Of a stretch of 64,000 bases of DNA, positions 1-13,200 are shown piece after piece. The DNA is from Tubiluchus corallicola (Eukaryota > Animalia > Priapulida): positions 62,001 to 126,000 of the forward strand of contig JAQGDQ010000052.1 of assembly GCA_030141605.1 (NCBI GenBank). Direction: 5' to 3'. The notes under the pieces were generated by a model that worked only from the letters and a program-made list of their open reading frames with translations, searched no databases and was not told the origin of the DNA. Position 1 is the stretch's first letter. Every line of letters begins with the position of its first letter. A program made the translations under genes and the position numbers.

Positions 1-1237
1 GGGAAAAATATTAGCCTGGTTCTAGACTTTATTATTGTCAATTGGTGGAAATAACACAGTATAGTATTGTTTATAGGAAGAAAGGCACAACGCTTACGTC
101 TATGAGTTGCTGAGTAAACCATTTTGTAATCAAGAAAATAAGCAGTTTAGTTTAGTTTATGGCTTTGCCAGTTAAGTAAAAGCAACTATTTGATTAACTT
201 TAAATAAGGACAAAACAAAATGTCTTCTTTTCTACTAAGTAAATGGGCTAGCGAGCTATGTGCCCTACATAGTTTCTCTCTTTAAAGCATTAGATACTTG
301 TTAATGTTAAGATGATATTAATGGGCTAATAATAATGATGTTATTGTAAAAAAACGTTTGTAAATTGTCAAGCAGTATTCATCATTATGATAAAGTTACT
401 TTTTTCCTAAAACAAATTTAGTTTTATGTTTTATTATGTCACAATTCTCGATAGAAATCGCCAGTGGCCTACTTGGGCTACCCACTACGACACTGCTTTT
501 TGACATATTTAGCACATGCGTTTTAGCGGAAGTCCTACTTCGGCTAGTGGCGTGCTCCGCACCTTACAAACGTGTCAGTTTTCTATATAACACCAATAAA
601 AATTACTAAAAATATAAATGAGTGATATCAGATCAGCTGTGCGTAATTTGTTACAGAAGTAATTATGAAAGCGAACACAACACGGTGGTTTCTTATAAAC
701 TCTGATTTGCAAGTTGTCAATACTGATGATTTTGTGTTAAAACCGTTCAACCTAAATTTCCCCGAGGGCTAACACTTCAGCTGAGCCTGTAGACATGCCT
801 GGAGAACTAGAGGGAGGACTCTATCACAATTCAGTTCCCCATCGATTTTTGCCGGGCACATTAAGTACAATAGTAATGTTTTATAAATAGGGATGGCTGC
901 TAGGTGATTAGCATGATCTCAATGCAATTATAATGAATTGTGTGTAGTTAAATAGTATAATAGTAAATAAACCTAATCTAAATCTGATAAGTATATGATG
1001 TGGTTGACTGGCTCATTGGGCACGTCAGCGACCTGAGTTAGGCTACTGTTGTCTGCAGTATGTTTTAATAAAGGATTGTTGTTTTACTACCAGACTGTGG
1101 AGGGAAATAAAAAATATTGTAGCATCCAGTCAGAAGCTTAACACTCTTTTTCACATTTGCCTCCATTAATTTATATTAACCTCCTCTGTTGCAATTACAG
1201 TCGAGGAACTATTTGTCTCAAAAGTTATATTTATATA

Positions 1238-1285
<48 letters not shown>
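1238..1285. repeat. (CTA)n microsatellite
   Basis: About 16 consecutive cta units. This explains the poly-Ser ORF at 1166..1405. Confidence 0.95.
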
Positions 1286-1429
1286 GTAATTCTTTAAACT
1301 TGCATCCAGCCCACCTCTCGAATAAAATTTAATAGAAGCAGTCTGCTGTGTCAGACAACATGAAAGTCTCAAAAAAATCATCAGGGTGCATAATACTGAA
1401 AACAAGAATTGAGGAATTTAAAGATATGG

Positions 1430-1592
1430 TTAAACCTCTTCATACCGCCCAATTTGGGATTGCAAAAAAAGTCGGCATTGAGCAAGCTTGGCGTTATAAC
1501 TAGGTGCATTAATATTTATGCAAATATGAGACATGTTTTGCCAAAAATATTGGCGTTAAGAGAAGTTGGCATTATAACAAGGTTTGAGTGTA
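1430..1592. mobile_element. Possible 3' end of a pogo/Tigger-type MITE
   Basis: Repeated ggcgtta/ggcatta subterminal motifs end in ...ataacaaggtttgagtg-ta. No matching 5' end was found. Confidence 0.3.
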
Positions 1593-2108
1593 AATTAAAC
1601 TGAACGTTATTAATGCAAAGGCTACACAAATTATAATTATAATCTGATTATCATGAAAAACTTGCAGCATTTTTTAGAAATATTATCATGTTTACTTATC
1701 AATAATAATGATGATAATAATGAAAATGATGATGATGGTATTCAATAATAATTACTATACTTAGTTTACCTGAATAAACTTACATAGACACATTTCTAGA
1801 AACAAATGTAGCAATTTTTTATGCAGATTAAATTACATTTGTCATTATCTGGTATTTTCATGAGTAATAATAATATTTGAATGTTTTATATGATAACATT
1901 AACTCAAACACACTATACATTTTACTGAGAAAGCAGTGACCATGTATGAAGCTTAGGTAGGATAGGCATAAGTGTGGGATCCAGCATATGGAATACGCGA
2001 CTGCTCGGCAAAAATAGATGGGGATGCAGATTGAGATAATGTGCCGTAGAGGGTGCTGAAAGAAACTACCGATCATAGATTGCGAAACTTCAAACTTGAA
2101 CTTGTACC

Positions 2109-4003
2109 ATGTCAACAAATACAAGTGCCGAGACGATACATTTTCCAAAGCTGAGGGAAAATTTAGAATTGCAGTTAGCTGAAGTTGAAATGTTGAACAG
2201 TATGTTTCCCAGCTCTAGCGAATTTGGAATAATAGACACAAGTATTATTGACGAAATTCGTCAGGTCCTGGACAGTTCAAATTCTTGTCTGCAGTTTATT
2301 CCACCAAGTATTGAGTTCTACATTAAACAAGTTGTTACCGTGAATGATAAACAAGTATGTAAAACATAAAAATATGGCCCTTATCATGTTTCTTCTTATC
2401 CGTTGTAACTTACGATAATGATTTTTCTTTAAATAACAAAAATCATCAAACATTATATATACCTTATCATGCACATAAATATCCTTCTTACCTGTGCTCT
2501 TGAATGAACTCACATCAGTCAGAGACTTGCTGAATATATATAATTAATGAACATAATTTAATCGTTTATCTTGCAGTTCACAAAATATAGATTGAAACCA
2601 GAGCGACAGCCCCATATGATCAATGTCTAATCAACATTGCACTCATAATGTTACTAATTATAAACTTGACACTGCTTAGAGAGTTCACTATATTCACTAA
2701 AGAAAAGAGAGTTAAATAAGAAATTTACTATCCAGTTAGGTATAGCCTGAAAACACTAACTCATGCTAAACACCTTCATGGTCATTTTCACCGTGCATTT
2801 ATCTTTGTTAATCCAATATTATAATAAAGTTTTACTGGCTTAGATATCAGTTACAGAAGAATTCGCTTAATAGATACGTGGATAACAAATCCAGTCGCTT
2901 TTAGTGGGCACTATCACTGAAATGCAACTGTATAATGCTTTAACCCAGTAAAATCCGCTGTTTATTAAGTCCAAACTTTGCTTTGTAAATCTACCTTGCA
3001 TGCCCTGAAGGCAACCATATTGTGGCATAAGATCGCGAAGTTGTCCTGTGTTTTAACTTCAGCTAGATCAACATCTTTTTTTCTAAGCATGTTTTGCACT
3101 TTTCCCAATCAATTACTTGTCTTTAGCAATAAATATGAAAATGTGATAATGCACAAGCATCATTCAAGCAGACTAGATCTTACACTGAAGAGGAGATCTA
3201 ATTAGGCTAAACTAATATGCTGATTTTTTGCTGATAAACCATTTCGTACGACGATGTCATGGCATCATAGATACATATCTTTATTTCAGTTACTTTAATC
3301 ATGCAAATGCTAATAAATTATTATACTTTATTTGTAGGAAACACTTGAGCTAATGTGTGATTTGCCACACAACTATCCATTGGATGCTGTAGCCGAGTTA
3401 TATGTGCGCTGTCCTTCACTCACTAAGTATAATCATACCAAGTTGAATTCAGATCTCCGGGCTTATATATCCGAAAATTGTGTGGAACAATTATGTATAT
3501 GCGAAGCTGCACAGTGGATCAGAGAATATGCAGCAAAATACTTCATTCCGAGTTCTCCAAAATCTAAATCTAAGTCCTTTGCTGGGCCATGGAAGTTCAA
3601 AAGATTGTGGGTGTACAGCCATCATATTTACAGCAAAGTAAAAAGACGCAATATGCTGGACTTGGCTAGTGAGCTAAGATTAACTGGTTTTACTCTACCC
3701 GGAAAGCCTGGTATAATTTGCGTTGAAGGCGATGCGGATGATGTTGATGCTTTTTGGAATGCTGTAAAACACTGGACTTGGAAGCGAATTTCGTTAAAAC
3801 ATGAAGAGTTAGCTGAAAGGGAAAATTATGAGGATTTCATGCAATTGAGAAAGTTTGATAATTTTGAGGAAAAGGCATTTGGTGTTAGAAAACTGTACGG
3901 CAGAGAGTACACTCAGGACTGGGGGATGTTCTCTAAATTTTTAGAAGATCTTGGTCTAGCATTTATATTTAAAGAATATTTTGGTGTAGAGGGCAAAACA
4001 TAG
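2109..4003 (+). CDS. RWDD2: RWD domain-containing protein 2A/2B-like (RWD + DUF1115); coding exons 2109-2354 and 3338-4003, about 303 aa
   Basis: Exon 1 has the RWD start LELQLAEVEMLNSMFP and ends at a phase-0 donor (caa|gtatgt). The acceptor tttgtag|gaa leads in frame into LPHNYP (RWD motif). RLWVYSHHIYSKVKR and LTGFTLPGKPGIICVEG follow, as in the RWDD2 C-terminal domain. Confidence 0.9.
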
Positions 4004-4317
4004 TATTTGAAGACTTAAATTGCCTCAGTTTGAATACAGATTAATCATTGCTATTGTACTGCTATTGAAATGTCTCTTCATATAAATTTCTACATCATTG
4101 CTTTAGTGAAAAGCAATGTGTAACATCTGCAAAGCTTTATTTAGTAAATTTGGTTAATGGAGTGGCATTTTGCAAATACCTCCAAGGTCCGTATGCAGTG
4201 TTTGACAAGGTTCCTATGTAGTGTTTGAAGTGTATCAGATAACTCTAACGCATTTGCATATGCGTTTACCACTCTTTCTTTCGCTTTTACAAAGTGATGT
4301 TGAAAGTAAATATTTAC

Positions 4318-5184
4318 CTGTATTATCTCTGTAAAGTTCATTCGTAGTTTCTCTTTTTCTTCGCATGTGTTGTTTGCTAAATGGCTTGCTTTTGAAAGTT
4401 AATTGATCAATCGAAACTTGTTGTTCCTCCTCAAAGATTCCCAATTTATTGGCTTTCCTGTACAAATGTAAGCTTTCTTGCATGGTTGATTCCACATCCA
4501 AAGCAAACTTATCCAGCAAGTGTTGATCTAGATACCAGAACAATTTTAATTTATGCTACCAAAATCGAAAAAAATGTTGCTATGATATGAAAGAGATATA
4601 GATTTAACTTTTTTAATTTTTGGAATACTTTTGTACATGATGCCAAAATTAACTTCATGTGTACTACCTACATTATTATCTACAGCCTTTATGTCTTTAG
4701 TCCATAATACAACAAAAACTGAGATTTAAAGTCAAGTTATTCATCTATATGTATACAGGAAAATTTAAATGCAAAACATATTATTCAAATCAGGCAGAGA
4801 AATGACTTTCTTGTTCAATATAAATAATGTGGCGCATGAAGAATTCGAGTAAAACATAGTGTACATACTATAGTTAGGCTGTTAGGTTTATGATCAAAGT
4901 AGGCAGTTGTAACGTTAGTTCCTGTTCTTGTTTTTGTGACATTTAGTTGTGACTGAAATACTGCAAATGACTTGTGTTCAGTGTTGAAAATGATTTTAAT
5001 ATGGCACACTTAAAATAGTCCCGATTTAAATGAAAAATAGCTTTTTAATCAAAATATAAGCAAAATACACTTACCAGTTTCTTTGCTGTGCCTTCCACTA
5101 AACAAATCAGACATGAAGGAACTGAAAGAGGCATCACAATGCCTTGAAACCATGAGAGTGAAAACCACCAAGAATGCTCCATGT
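4318..5184 (-). CDS. Tentative spliced gene fragment encoding a secreted-precursor-like protein (exons about 5184-5075 and 4527-4318)
   Basis: The minus strand has ttctag|ac...ctg|gtaagt and tatctag|at...cag|gtaaat sites that join in phase. The product reads HGAFLVVFTLMVSRHCDASFSSFMSDLFSGRHSKET-DQHLLDKFALD...KQHMRRKRETTNELYRDNT, a hydrophobic stretch plus an RRKR site. An alternative phase-0 join also works. No family was recognised. Confidence 0.35.
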
Positions 5185-8100
5185 CTAGAAATATAATTAC
5201 AGTAGGTCTTGAAATTTAAGTGTGTTACTATTTTTGTAATTATTTATAGCATTAAATACGTTTATATACTGTTTGCTATGTTTTTGGTTGTCTGTGAATT
5301 TGTTTCATTTTCTTGCAGGTCTATGATAATTTAATATATAGGTAAATAGTTCAAAACGACTGAAGTTTACTTCAGACAAATATGTAGTCTAATCTTGACA
5401 GTTTATACAAGTTCTCTTACCGGCCATAATTTTGCAGTTTTGCGTGAAAATATGTGGATCGTGCATTAATTTTTGTTAAACTAAAACGGACTGACCCTGG
5501 ATTTGAACTAATGCAATGACGATTTGGCCAGGCAGCTCATCAACCAAACCAGCATTTTGTAAGTGTTAGTTTACTACAGTTTCAAATTCAGGTTCAATCC
5601 CAATTTCTTCCCATAATTTCTTACTTTCCATCAGATTTACGTTTCAAAAGCCTATATAGTAGTAATCTACAATGTCTTATCACTCCTACGTAAGAGTAAT
5701 ATGCCAAATCACAAAGTGCCTTATGTAGCAGTAGCCTGGCATGTCTTTATATAATTAGTTTTTGTCACAAAATATGCTATCTCCTTTCCTTAAAGTTTGA
5801 ATGACCCCAAAAAAGCAAAAATTTAGCAGAATTAAACTTTTTGTGTGCAAATATTTTCAAAAGCATCAGAAAGAATAATTGCAAGACTTGTTTTCACGTA
5901 AATACACACAAGTGAAGTTGTTTGTGTCACGTTGTAAAAATGTAATTGATGTTTGCCATTGACCATCTCGTAACTCGCATTGACAAAGCTACCAACAGAT
6001 TCATGATCATCATCTTGTTCTGTACTTTAGTCTTTTTTTATGATACATGAACTCGTTATTGTTGCTAAGTTCCTGCTGAACTGCCTAACCCATTTGACAA
6101 GAAAAACTAATGATAGTGATAGCGTAAAGAAGACAACAAGAAAACAATAAATTAGGGGAAGGAGTTTACAATTCCCCACACTATTTAAATACCGTAAGCT
6201 CAACCCAATCCTAACTCTAACCCCAACTCTAATCCTAGTCTAATGCGCTTCACGAGGTTCTATAATTTTGTTGTGTGGGGAATTGGAAAGTTTAGCCTAA
6301 TAATGCAAAAAAAGGGTATTGTTGCGCAAGAATTTTTATGTCATGTATTCTTAATAGCAGTTATTATAACTACAGTACAAAATCAAATGCAAATGTTTAA
6401 AAAAACTTAAGTATCATTTCTAAAACCCAACCATCAAGTCTGCTTCAGAATGCTCAAAAATAGGCACAAACACAAAAAATGCGTTTCTCCCACAGCCCGT
6501 AGCTGAGCGGCGGGGAAGCTACCATGGCTCCTCCGGGCACCGCATCCGCCTTTCTGTTTGGTCACATTTGCATCCCTTCCCTTCAAAAATCCCCTGAATG
6601 ATGAGGCCCCGCAGATGGAGTCACTTTCTAACTCATCCAGACTGGTCTTGAATATTTTTTACTCCTGATATATTTTAGCAACTTGCAAATTCTTTAAATA
6701 AAATAGAATAGCTATCTCTTGTTTGTCAATACAAATATTCTCTAAGAAATACAACTATTTTACTATTTATTGCAAACCAAATTAGCGCATATTTCGGTGC
6801 AGCCATAGTGAAAAACCGTTTTTTACCAAATGTTACCAAAGCTTGGGGGCAGCAGAGGGACCCAAGGCTACCTACAATACTAGCCTATAGGGTAATCCAG
6901 TCCTCCCGAAGCCCTAAAATCTTGTAAGCTGCACACAGGTGACAAAATGATTGCTTTTCGTTGCACTAATCTGGTTTTGTATGAAGCAAGTTATACTGAG
7001 CGAGCACACAAGCAGGACTAGTTTATGTGAGAAAATATTAAGAACGTTTCACACAACGCACACTAGACAAAATCTGTCTGCAACAATTTGTCTCATAAAG
7101 ATTTTTGCTTGTGTAAGTGCGCACTTGAAATTCTGTTTTACTGAATTACATGACTATTTTACATATTTTTTATTAAAACACGTTTAGCCTTCTGACTGAA
7201 GCATACTTCTCCTGCTCCACCCGTGTGCAGGTTCAGTGCAATAATTTGCATCAGACATGTTATCTTATAAAACTGATAATTGTTGTTACCTATGATTCAG
7301 GTTGCTTCATCCAAAAGACTTTGATGCAGGCAGATTTTTTGTCGTGTGCAACTAGTATTTAATAAAAATATTTAAAAATTTGTGCGAGAGAACAGTGGAG
7401 AAACAGCGTTTATCGAGCGGCGTACACGCAATTGTTGCACACGCATTTTGTCTCGTGTGCGACGGATATTACTGATCGTTGCCAGTGTCTTTCTCAAGCA
7501 GTTACTGTTTACATTACTTGGGAGTCTACGAAAACTCTAGATATTAAACGTCCAATAAGCGAAAATACCAAGGCGACCGCTTTCAAAACCATAAACGAGT
7601 ATTTCTATTCCGATGTGTAAACGTTTAGGAACAGCGTATAAGGCCTAATATGAATAATACGTACATAATAAGAAATCTAGAGCAACATAAGCATTTAGTA
7701 ATAATAATTGTATTGATTTTTATTATTTTACCTGTGTAACTGCATAACACTTTTAAACCAATAAATGAACACCTAGATTACTAACTGTACAACACAGTAA
7801 CAAATGTTTCAGTACTGTTAAGCCAACAAATGCGTCACTAACTTACGAAGCAAACTGCAAATTTTGTACAGTCTACACTGCCCGGCAGTATATGAAGTGA
7901 AGCTGCAGGGCTTTTTTAGGCAATACCATTTAATACAGTAGGTGTAAGGTATCTATACCTATGTGCCCATGTTTCAACAACAGAAAGGAATGGTCTGTCT
8001 AACTATATATTTTATGGACGAGGTGCCTTCATTTGTAGTCCCGATACACATACCACATTCCTTTTATGCAAGGGCATTTGACCATATTTCGTCCATAGTT

Positions 8101-9034
8101 TCAAAAAGGGGTACTTTGTAAACGTTTAATTTACAATGAAAATATTTTGTAGCAAAAAGGTGTTTGTGCTGTTAATACAAAACCGTTCATGTCTTTGTTT
8201 TTGCAACAATCTACACGAATAAAGGGAATTTTAGACGACTAGCTCATTTAAAATGCTTTTATTGATGTAATTTCATTGTGGTACGCAGCATCAAAAGGGT
8301 GTATTGCGTACATGGCATGACGGTCATTGTGTAATATGATGCACGCACGGTATAACGTTATAATTGGTCTGGAAGACTTGCAACCAAAGGTACCAACGTC
8401 TTTGTTCGTCTCTTACGAACAACAAGAAAAAACTTCTCAGTTACGAAGAACAATAATAAAAATAGCAATGAATTAAGCCACTAATTATATCTTACTGCAA
8501 CTTTGAGCGCCTAACAAAAGCTCTGTAAAAATGCAGCAAATTAGAAGCTACGAACGGAACCGTAGTAGACTCATCTATTAGATCAATGATCAATTATAAT
8601 GCTGGAATATTTTTTCAGTATTTGTTTGCCAGTCAACCTTCTATTGGTACATTACTTTAGATCATGGTTAAGGTCAAACATGCATATCTAGAAAACACAG
8701 GCGCAGAAACGACAACAGCTGCACAGCTGTGGTAATTTAGAGTTAGCTGATATCATAATAGAGGCATTATATAGTGGCTTATCCTCCTTTTTGGATCCAG
8801 AATTCGAAAAATTTTAACTGTGTTACATGAGCAAGTTGTCTTACTAAATATCAGGCGTAATCTGTGTAGATGCTAGTTAAGTGACTGGTGACTATTATTT
8901 TTGGGTGATGACCTGCAATGACATTGAGGTGGCAGGTCAGGGATAGGAATTTAATGATCCGCGAATTTAATGATCATATCGATATAAGTAATTACAGTAA
9001 CTCTGCCCCTATTTACTACCAAATATTTTACAAT

Positions 9035-9180
9035 TGACAAAAATATTTTATTCCTTCCCCGGAAGGGAGGTTTCAGGATTTGAACAATTGTCAAAGAGAT
9101 ATGTTTTGTACTGCAATATTCTGCAAAATGTAAAGTGTAAATGTTAGCTGATGGGTGATAACTTTTTGGCAATGACCTAT
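9035..9180. repeat. Dispersed repeat fragment similar to 46649-46800
   Basis: Shared colinear words with 46649-46800: ttgac.aaaat..tt, cccc.gaa.gg..g, caaaatgt.aagtgtaaat, tgatgggtg..aactttt.ggca. Confidence 0.55.
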
Positions 9181-9317
9181 TATAAGTGACCTATACTTGT
9201 GTTGAGCGGAACGTTGTCAAACATTCAAATACATTGTACATGATATGATTCAATTAAATTTCAAAAAATGTTCAGTGGTTGTGAACAAATATATATATAC
9301 CTGTAATATACCTTCTA

Positions 9318-9388
9318 TACCTGCAATACGACACCCATCGGTTAATAGAAAACGTATCGGTCCCAAAGTGAGTCTATTAGGCGGCGTA
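9318..9388. mobile_element. 3'-terminal fragment of the pogo/Tigger-like family found at 29337 and 50328
   Basis: tatacctgcaatacgacacccatcggttaatag...cggtcccaaagtgagtctattaggcggcg matches the right ends of both longer copies. Confidence 0.8.
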
Positions 9389-9639
9389 TATATATATATA
9401 TATGGTTTGCGCATCATCGCCATTTTCACATCCACGCAAAATTTTTTGAAATTTTAATTGACTATCATGTACAATGGATATAATAAATACATATAAAAAC
9501 ATGGAGAGGGCAACGAGTAATAGCCCAGATCAATTTATTTTATTATTATTATTATCAAAGGATTACGAAATCAATAGCAAATTTATTATGCCGTCGGTAT
9601 TTAGTGTGGAAGATCGGTACGATCAGGCAGTGATATAAG

Positions 9640-9830
9640 ATAAAAACTGAATGACCTGGAAGTTCACCAGACCTCAACTACATGGATACATTGGAGCTAT
9701 CATAAAAAACAGAGTGAGGGCTAAGATGTCCAAGAACCTTGCCAAGAACATGCACGATCTTTAAGAGACAAGCTTATAGTGTGAGACAACTGCAAGATGT
9801 ATTGAAGATCATGAATTCGAGACTTCTTAT
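9640..9830 (+). mobile_element. Tc1/mariner transposase fossil
   Basis: Reads *PGSSPDLNYMD/IGAIIKNRV with a stop and a frameshift. This matches the WPxxSPDLNPIE motif around the third catalytic residue. Confidence 0.65.
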
Positions 9831-10226
9831 CATGATCTCTCTGTGTCTCCAATCATACGTTTTAAAATTTTAAAATAACATGTAGGCTGCACAAAATGCA
9901 GGAGGCTTTCACACCTACATATTGAGGGCACGATATATCTCCGTTCATTTTGCGATACATTTATATAATTGTTCTGTACCATACGGTTGATCGTTGGTTT
10001 TGTACCCCTAGCAGAAAGTTGTGCGGCCATATACGTGATTGCAAAACTCGTGATTAAGTGATTTTGTTTAAAATTTCATAAGCAATTTTTAACACATCGC
10101 CTCCTGCAGTGTCTAGTTAGTACAGTTGTTTAATTTTGCAATGTGTCATGCGAGGTGCGCGTGGAAGAACTGAAACAACGCTGTACCCATCGAATACAGA
10201 CTTTGCACTTTACAGTTGATAATGTC

Positions 10227-13200
10227 ATGGCGGCCCCTATTCCTGATCATTTTCACGTGTCTAGAGATGCTGGATTTGCTATAGATAATCCACTTGTAGG
10301 TATTTTATAAATAATATGGTCTTGTGATTTATTTGATGTGTAGAGTCGGTATTGTGTAATAATAGTAATTTTTATTTTCCTCCATAAATATACAAAGATT
10401 TGACAATAAAATACACAAAAATACAAACGAACATAGGAAAAAGGGTGGCGAAAAACCAAATGTTATCGAGTCAACCACCCTTCTCAAAATTGATTTTTTT
10501 CAACAATGAAAAGTAGCTGTGTATTATTCATCCTGTTCTGAGAAACCTTTGTTTTGTGAACATTGTATTCAGAATAATTTCCCTTTTAATCACTTTAAAG
10601 GAAGATAGGGTGATTTTTCATATAGTACCTCATTTTCAAGTCCGATAAAAAGCATATATTTTAACACGATTAATACTGAAAAAGCGTTTCTAATAATTAA
10701 ATAATACTTTTTTAATGGATTAAAAACTTAATTAATGGTAGGCGAGCCAAACTATTGATGACATCACAAACTAACATAATTTTCTAAAGTAAAAATATTC
10801 CACGAGCGTGTTGCATGTGTTTGCAAAAGTGAAAATTGGAGTACAGTGCTACTGTAAGATATTCAGTGTGTTGTTCTATAACTAGGCATGTTTTAAGGTA
10901 AAAATACAAAGTTCAAAGTTATTGCTGTGTTCCAGCTGCGCATGAGCTGTCGAACGTGTGCATTTCATCACAAACTAATTTTTTCATCATCAGAACTGAG
11001 AGGTACCTGTTTTTGTGCAATGCATTTCCGAAATGCAGGTGCTAGCGCCCGTCTAACTAACAAATGGCAAAATGCATGTAACAACGAAGAACTAGTGGTG
11101 CGAATGCAAAATTGTGTTTGTATGGTAATAATTCTTTGACATAAGTCATTTTTTGAAAAAATAGCATGTTTTCTTTCAATATTTTAAAGAGTCGATGGTT
11201 TCGACCTACAGTTTAAACGTGGGTCTAGTTTTATTTTAATGATGACATGGAATTTTTATTTGCACTGGAAGTCCTAATTATCCCACAAACTATTAACATA
11301 CATGAGTTAAATCAATTATATTTTAACCACTTCGCTTACAATGATAAAATATTTTCATCCTTACATGCTGAAATTGATATAGATTCAAATTTTTTTACTA
11401 AGGTCTTAGACCTGTGCAATGTTCTTGACATCTCTACTAGTGATAAAGTCGTAATGTTCTATGCGCACATGCCAGAAGGAGATAGGCCTATTTTGATACC
11501 AAAATCTTCTCCAATACTGATCCAACCTGACCTTGAATATATTAAGTGATAGGGCAGTGACAACATGATCTGATAATGAATTCCACAGATTGACATCCTC
11601 AGTGAGGAATAATGTAGTCTAACAGATAACCTACAGTATGGTTTCTTCAATTTCTTGCTATGTCCTCTAGTCCTACTCATGCCATCAAGGGCAAAGGGAA
11701 CTGGGATGTTGCACGTACCCTAGATAAACTTGTACTATTTTAGAATATCATGTCTTGAACTTGTAGCATTCTAGCATATCATCTCTTGCTCTTCTATAAT
11801 GTAAAGATGGTAATACAATTGCTCATTTGAAACTAGTTGCTAGTTTAATTGTGTACTTACCTATGATGCCGGGTACAGATAAAGATTCAAACTTTCCTCT
11901 ATTTTCTCTATTATACCATAACTGCAGAAGTATTTAAAAAAACTGTGATCATATTACTGATTTCCTACATTTGCTAAATAGAAATTTCTCAGTTTTAGTA
12001 TTTACTGAAACCTGGCTAAAACCTTACATCTAACCAGTTCAATGTACAAAACTATACATGCTATAATAAAATCAGGGAATCAAAAATCACTATATATACA
12101 AAGTAATCTTCATAGTAAACTACGCACTGATCTTAGTTCCTCTGTAGCTGACATACACGAGTCACTGTTTGCTGAAATTTTTCAAAAAGGTACAAAAAAC
12201 ATTATCTTGTGTGTAGTTTATAGAATAACCTGTAATGTAAAAACCTTTCAAGACTCCCTAAACAATGTACTATCTAAAATTGTAAAAGTAAAAACAAACT
12301 AGTTTATATTTGTGGTGATTTCAATCTGAATCTTTTAAACATTGATCTACATCATTCGCCTACATCATTGATTCACATCATTCATCACAGAATACTGTGC
12401 TATTTGTATTAGTAAATAACATAGCTTGGAGTGTTGATCTAGACTGCATGTTTGTAAAGACATTGCAGACATTACAAAAGAAAAAAATGCTTTGCTGTAA
12501 CTTTTGCAACATTTTGATTTTTGATTTGGCATTGTAAGCATTGCAGTGGTCCTGCAAAAACTTGCAACCTTGTTTTCAAATTCCGTAAGGCTTGACGCTA
12601 TGATGTCACTAACTCAATATTTATAAATACATAGCCACAGCAAGGTAAAATACGAATAGTCTGTAATGAATTGACCTGGTAAATCCAGTATCTGTTCGTC
12701 AGAGAGTAATAGCAAGTTTCTCTATTGAATTTTTACAGACTCGTCTACCCGACTATTTTCAACCATGGATGGAATTAGCTGAAAATTGCGAGGCACTGTT
12801 GGAGTCTCGGACAATGCGGGCTAAAATCGATGCAGTATTATTATTATTATGTTTATATATGATTTGAAATTGCAAGTACATACACATTAAATGTGTGCTT
12901 GCATAGGAAAATCGTCCAAAGTTGGGAATTAAGCTTATCCTGAATTTCATGAGGATCATTTTGATACCAAGCTCATCGCTCTTCCTAAGCTGAGATAATA
13001 CACGTTGAAGTTGAAGTGCTGGCTATGCACTGATAAATATAATCTTGAGAAAACTGCTGTTAAAGTTGGCCTTTGTTTTTTGTCGCGTCTGTACAAAACA
13101 CTTAGCAACCATATGAAAGTGTGGATTTTACAAGAGCAATGGATTTTACAAGAGCAAATTGAAGTTACGTTTAAATCCAGTAGATGGCTCTTCCTGACGA

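Noticed and set aside
455-565. GC-richer patch with CGGAAGT (ETS-like) as the RWDD2 promoter
   Set aside because: It is plausible but rests on a single short motif 1.5 kb from the ATG, with no TSS evidence.
1166-1405. Poly-Ser ORF
   Set aside because: It is a translation of the (CTA)n microsatellite.
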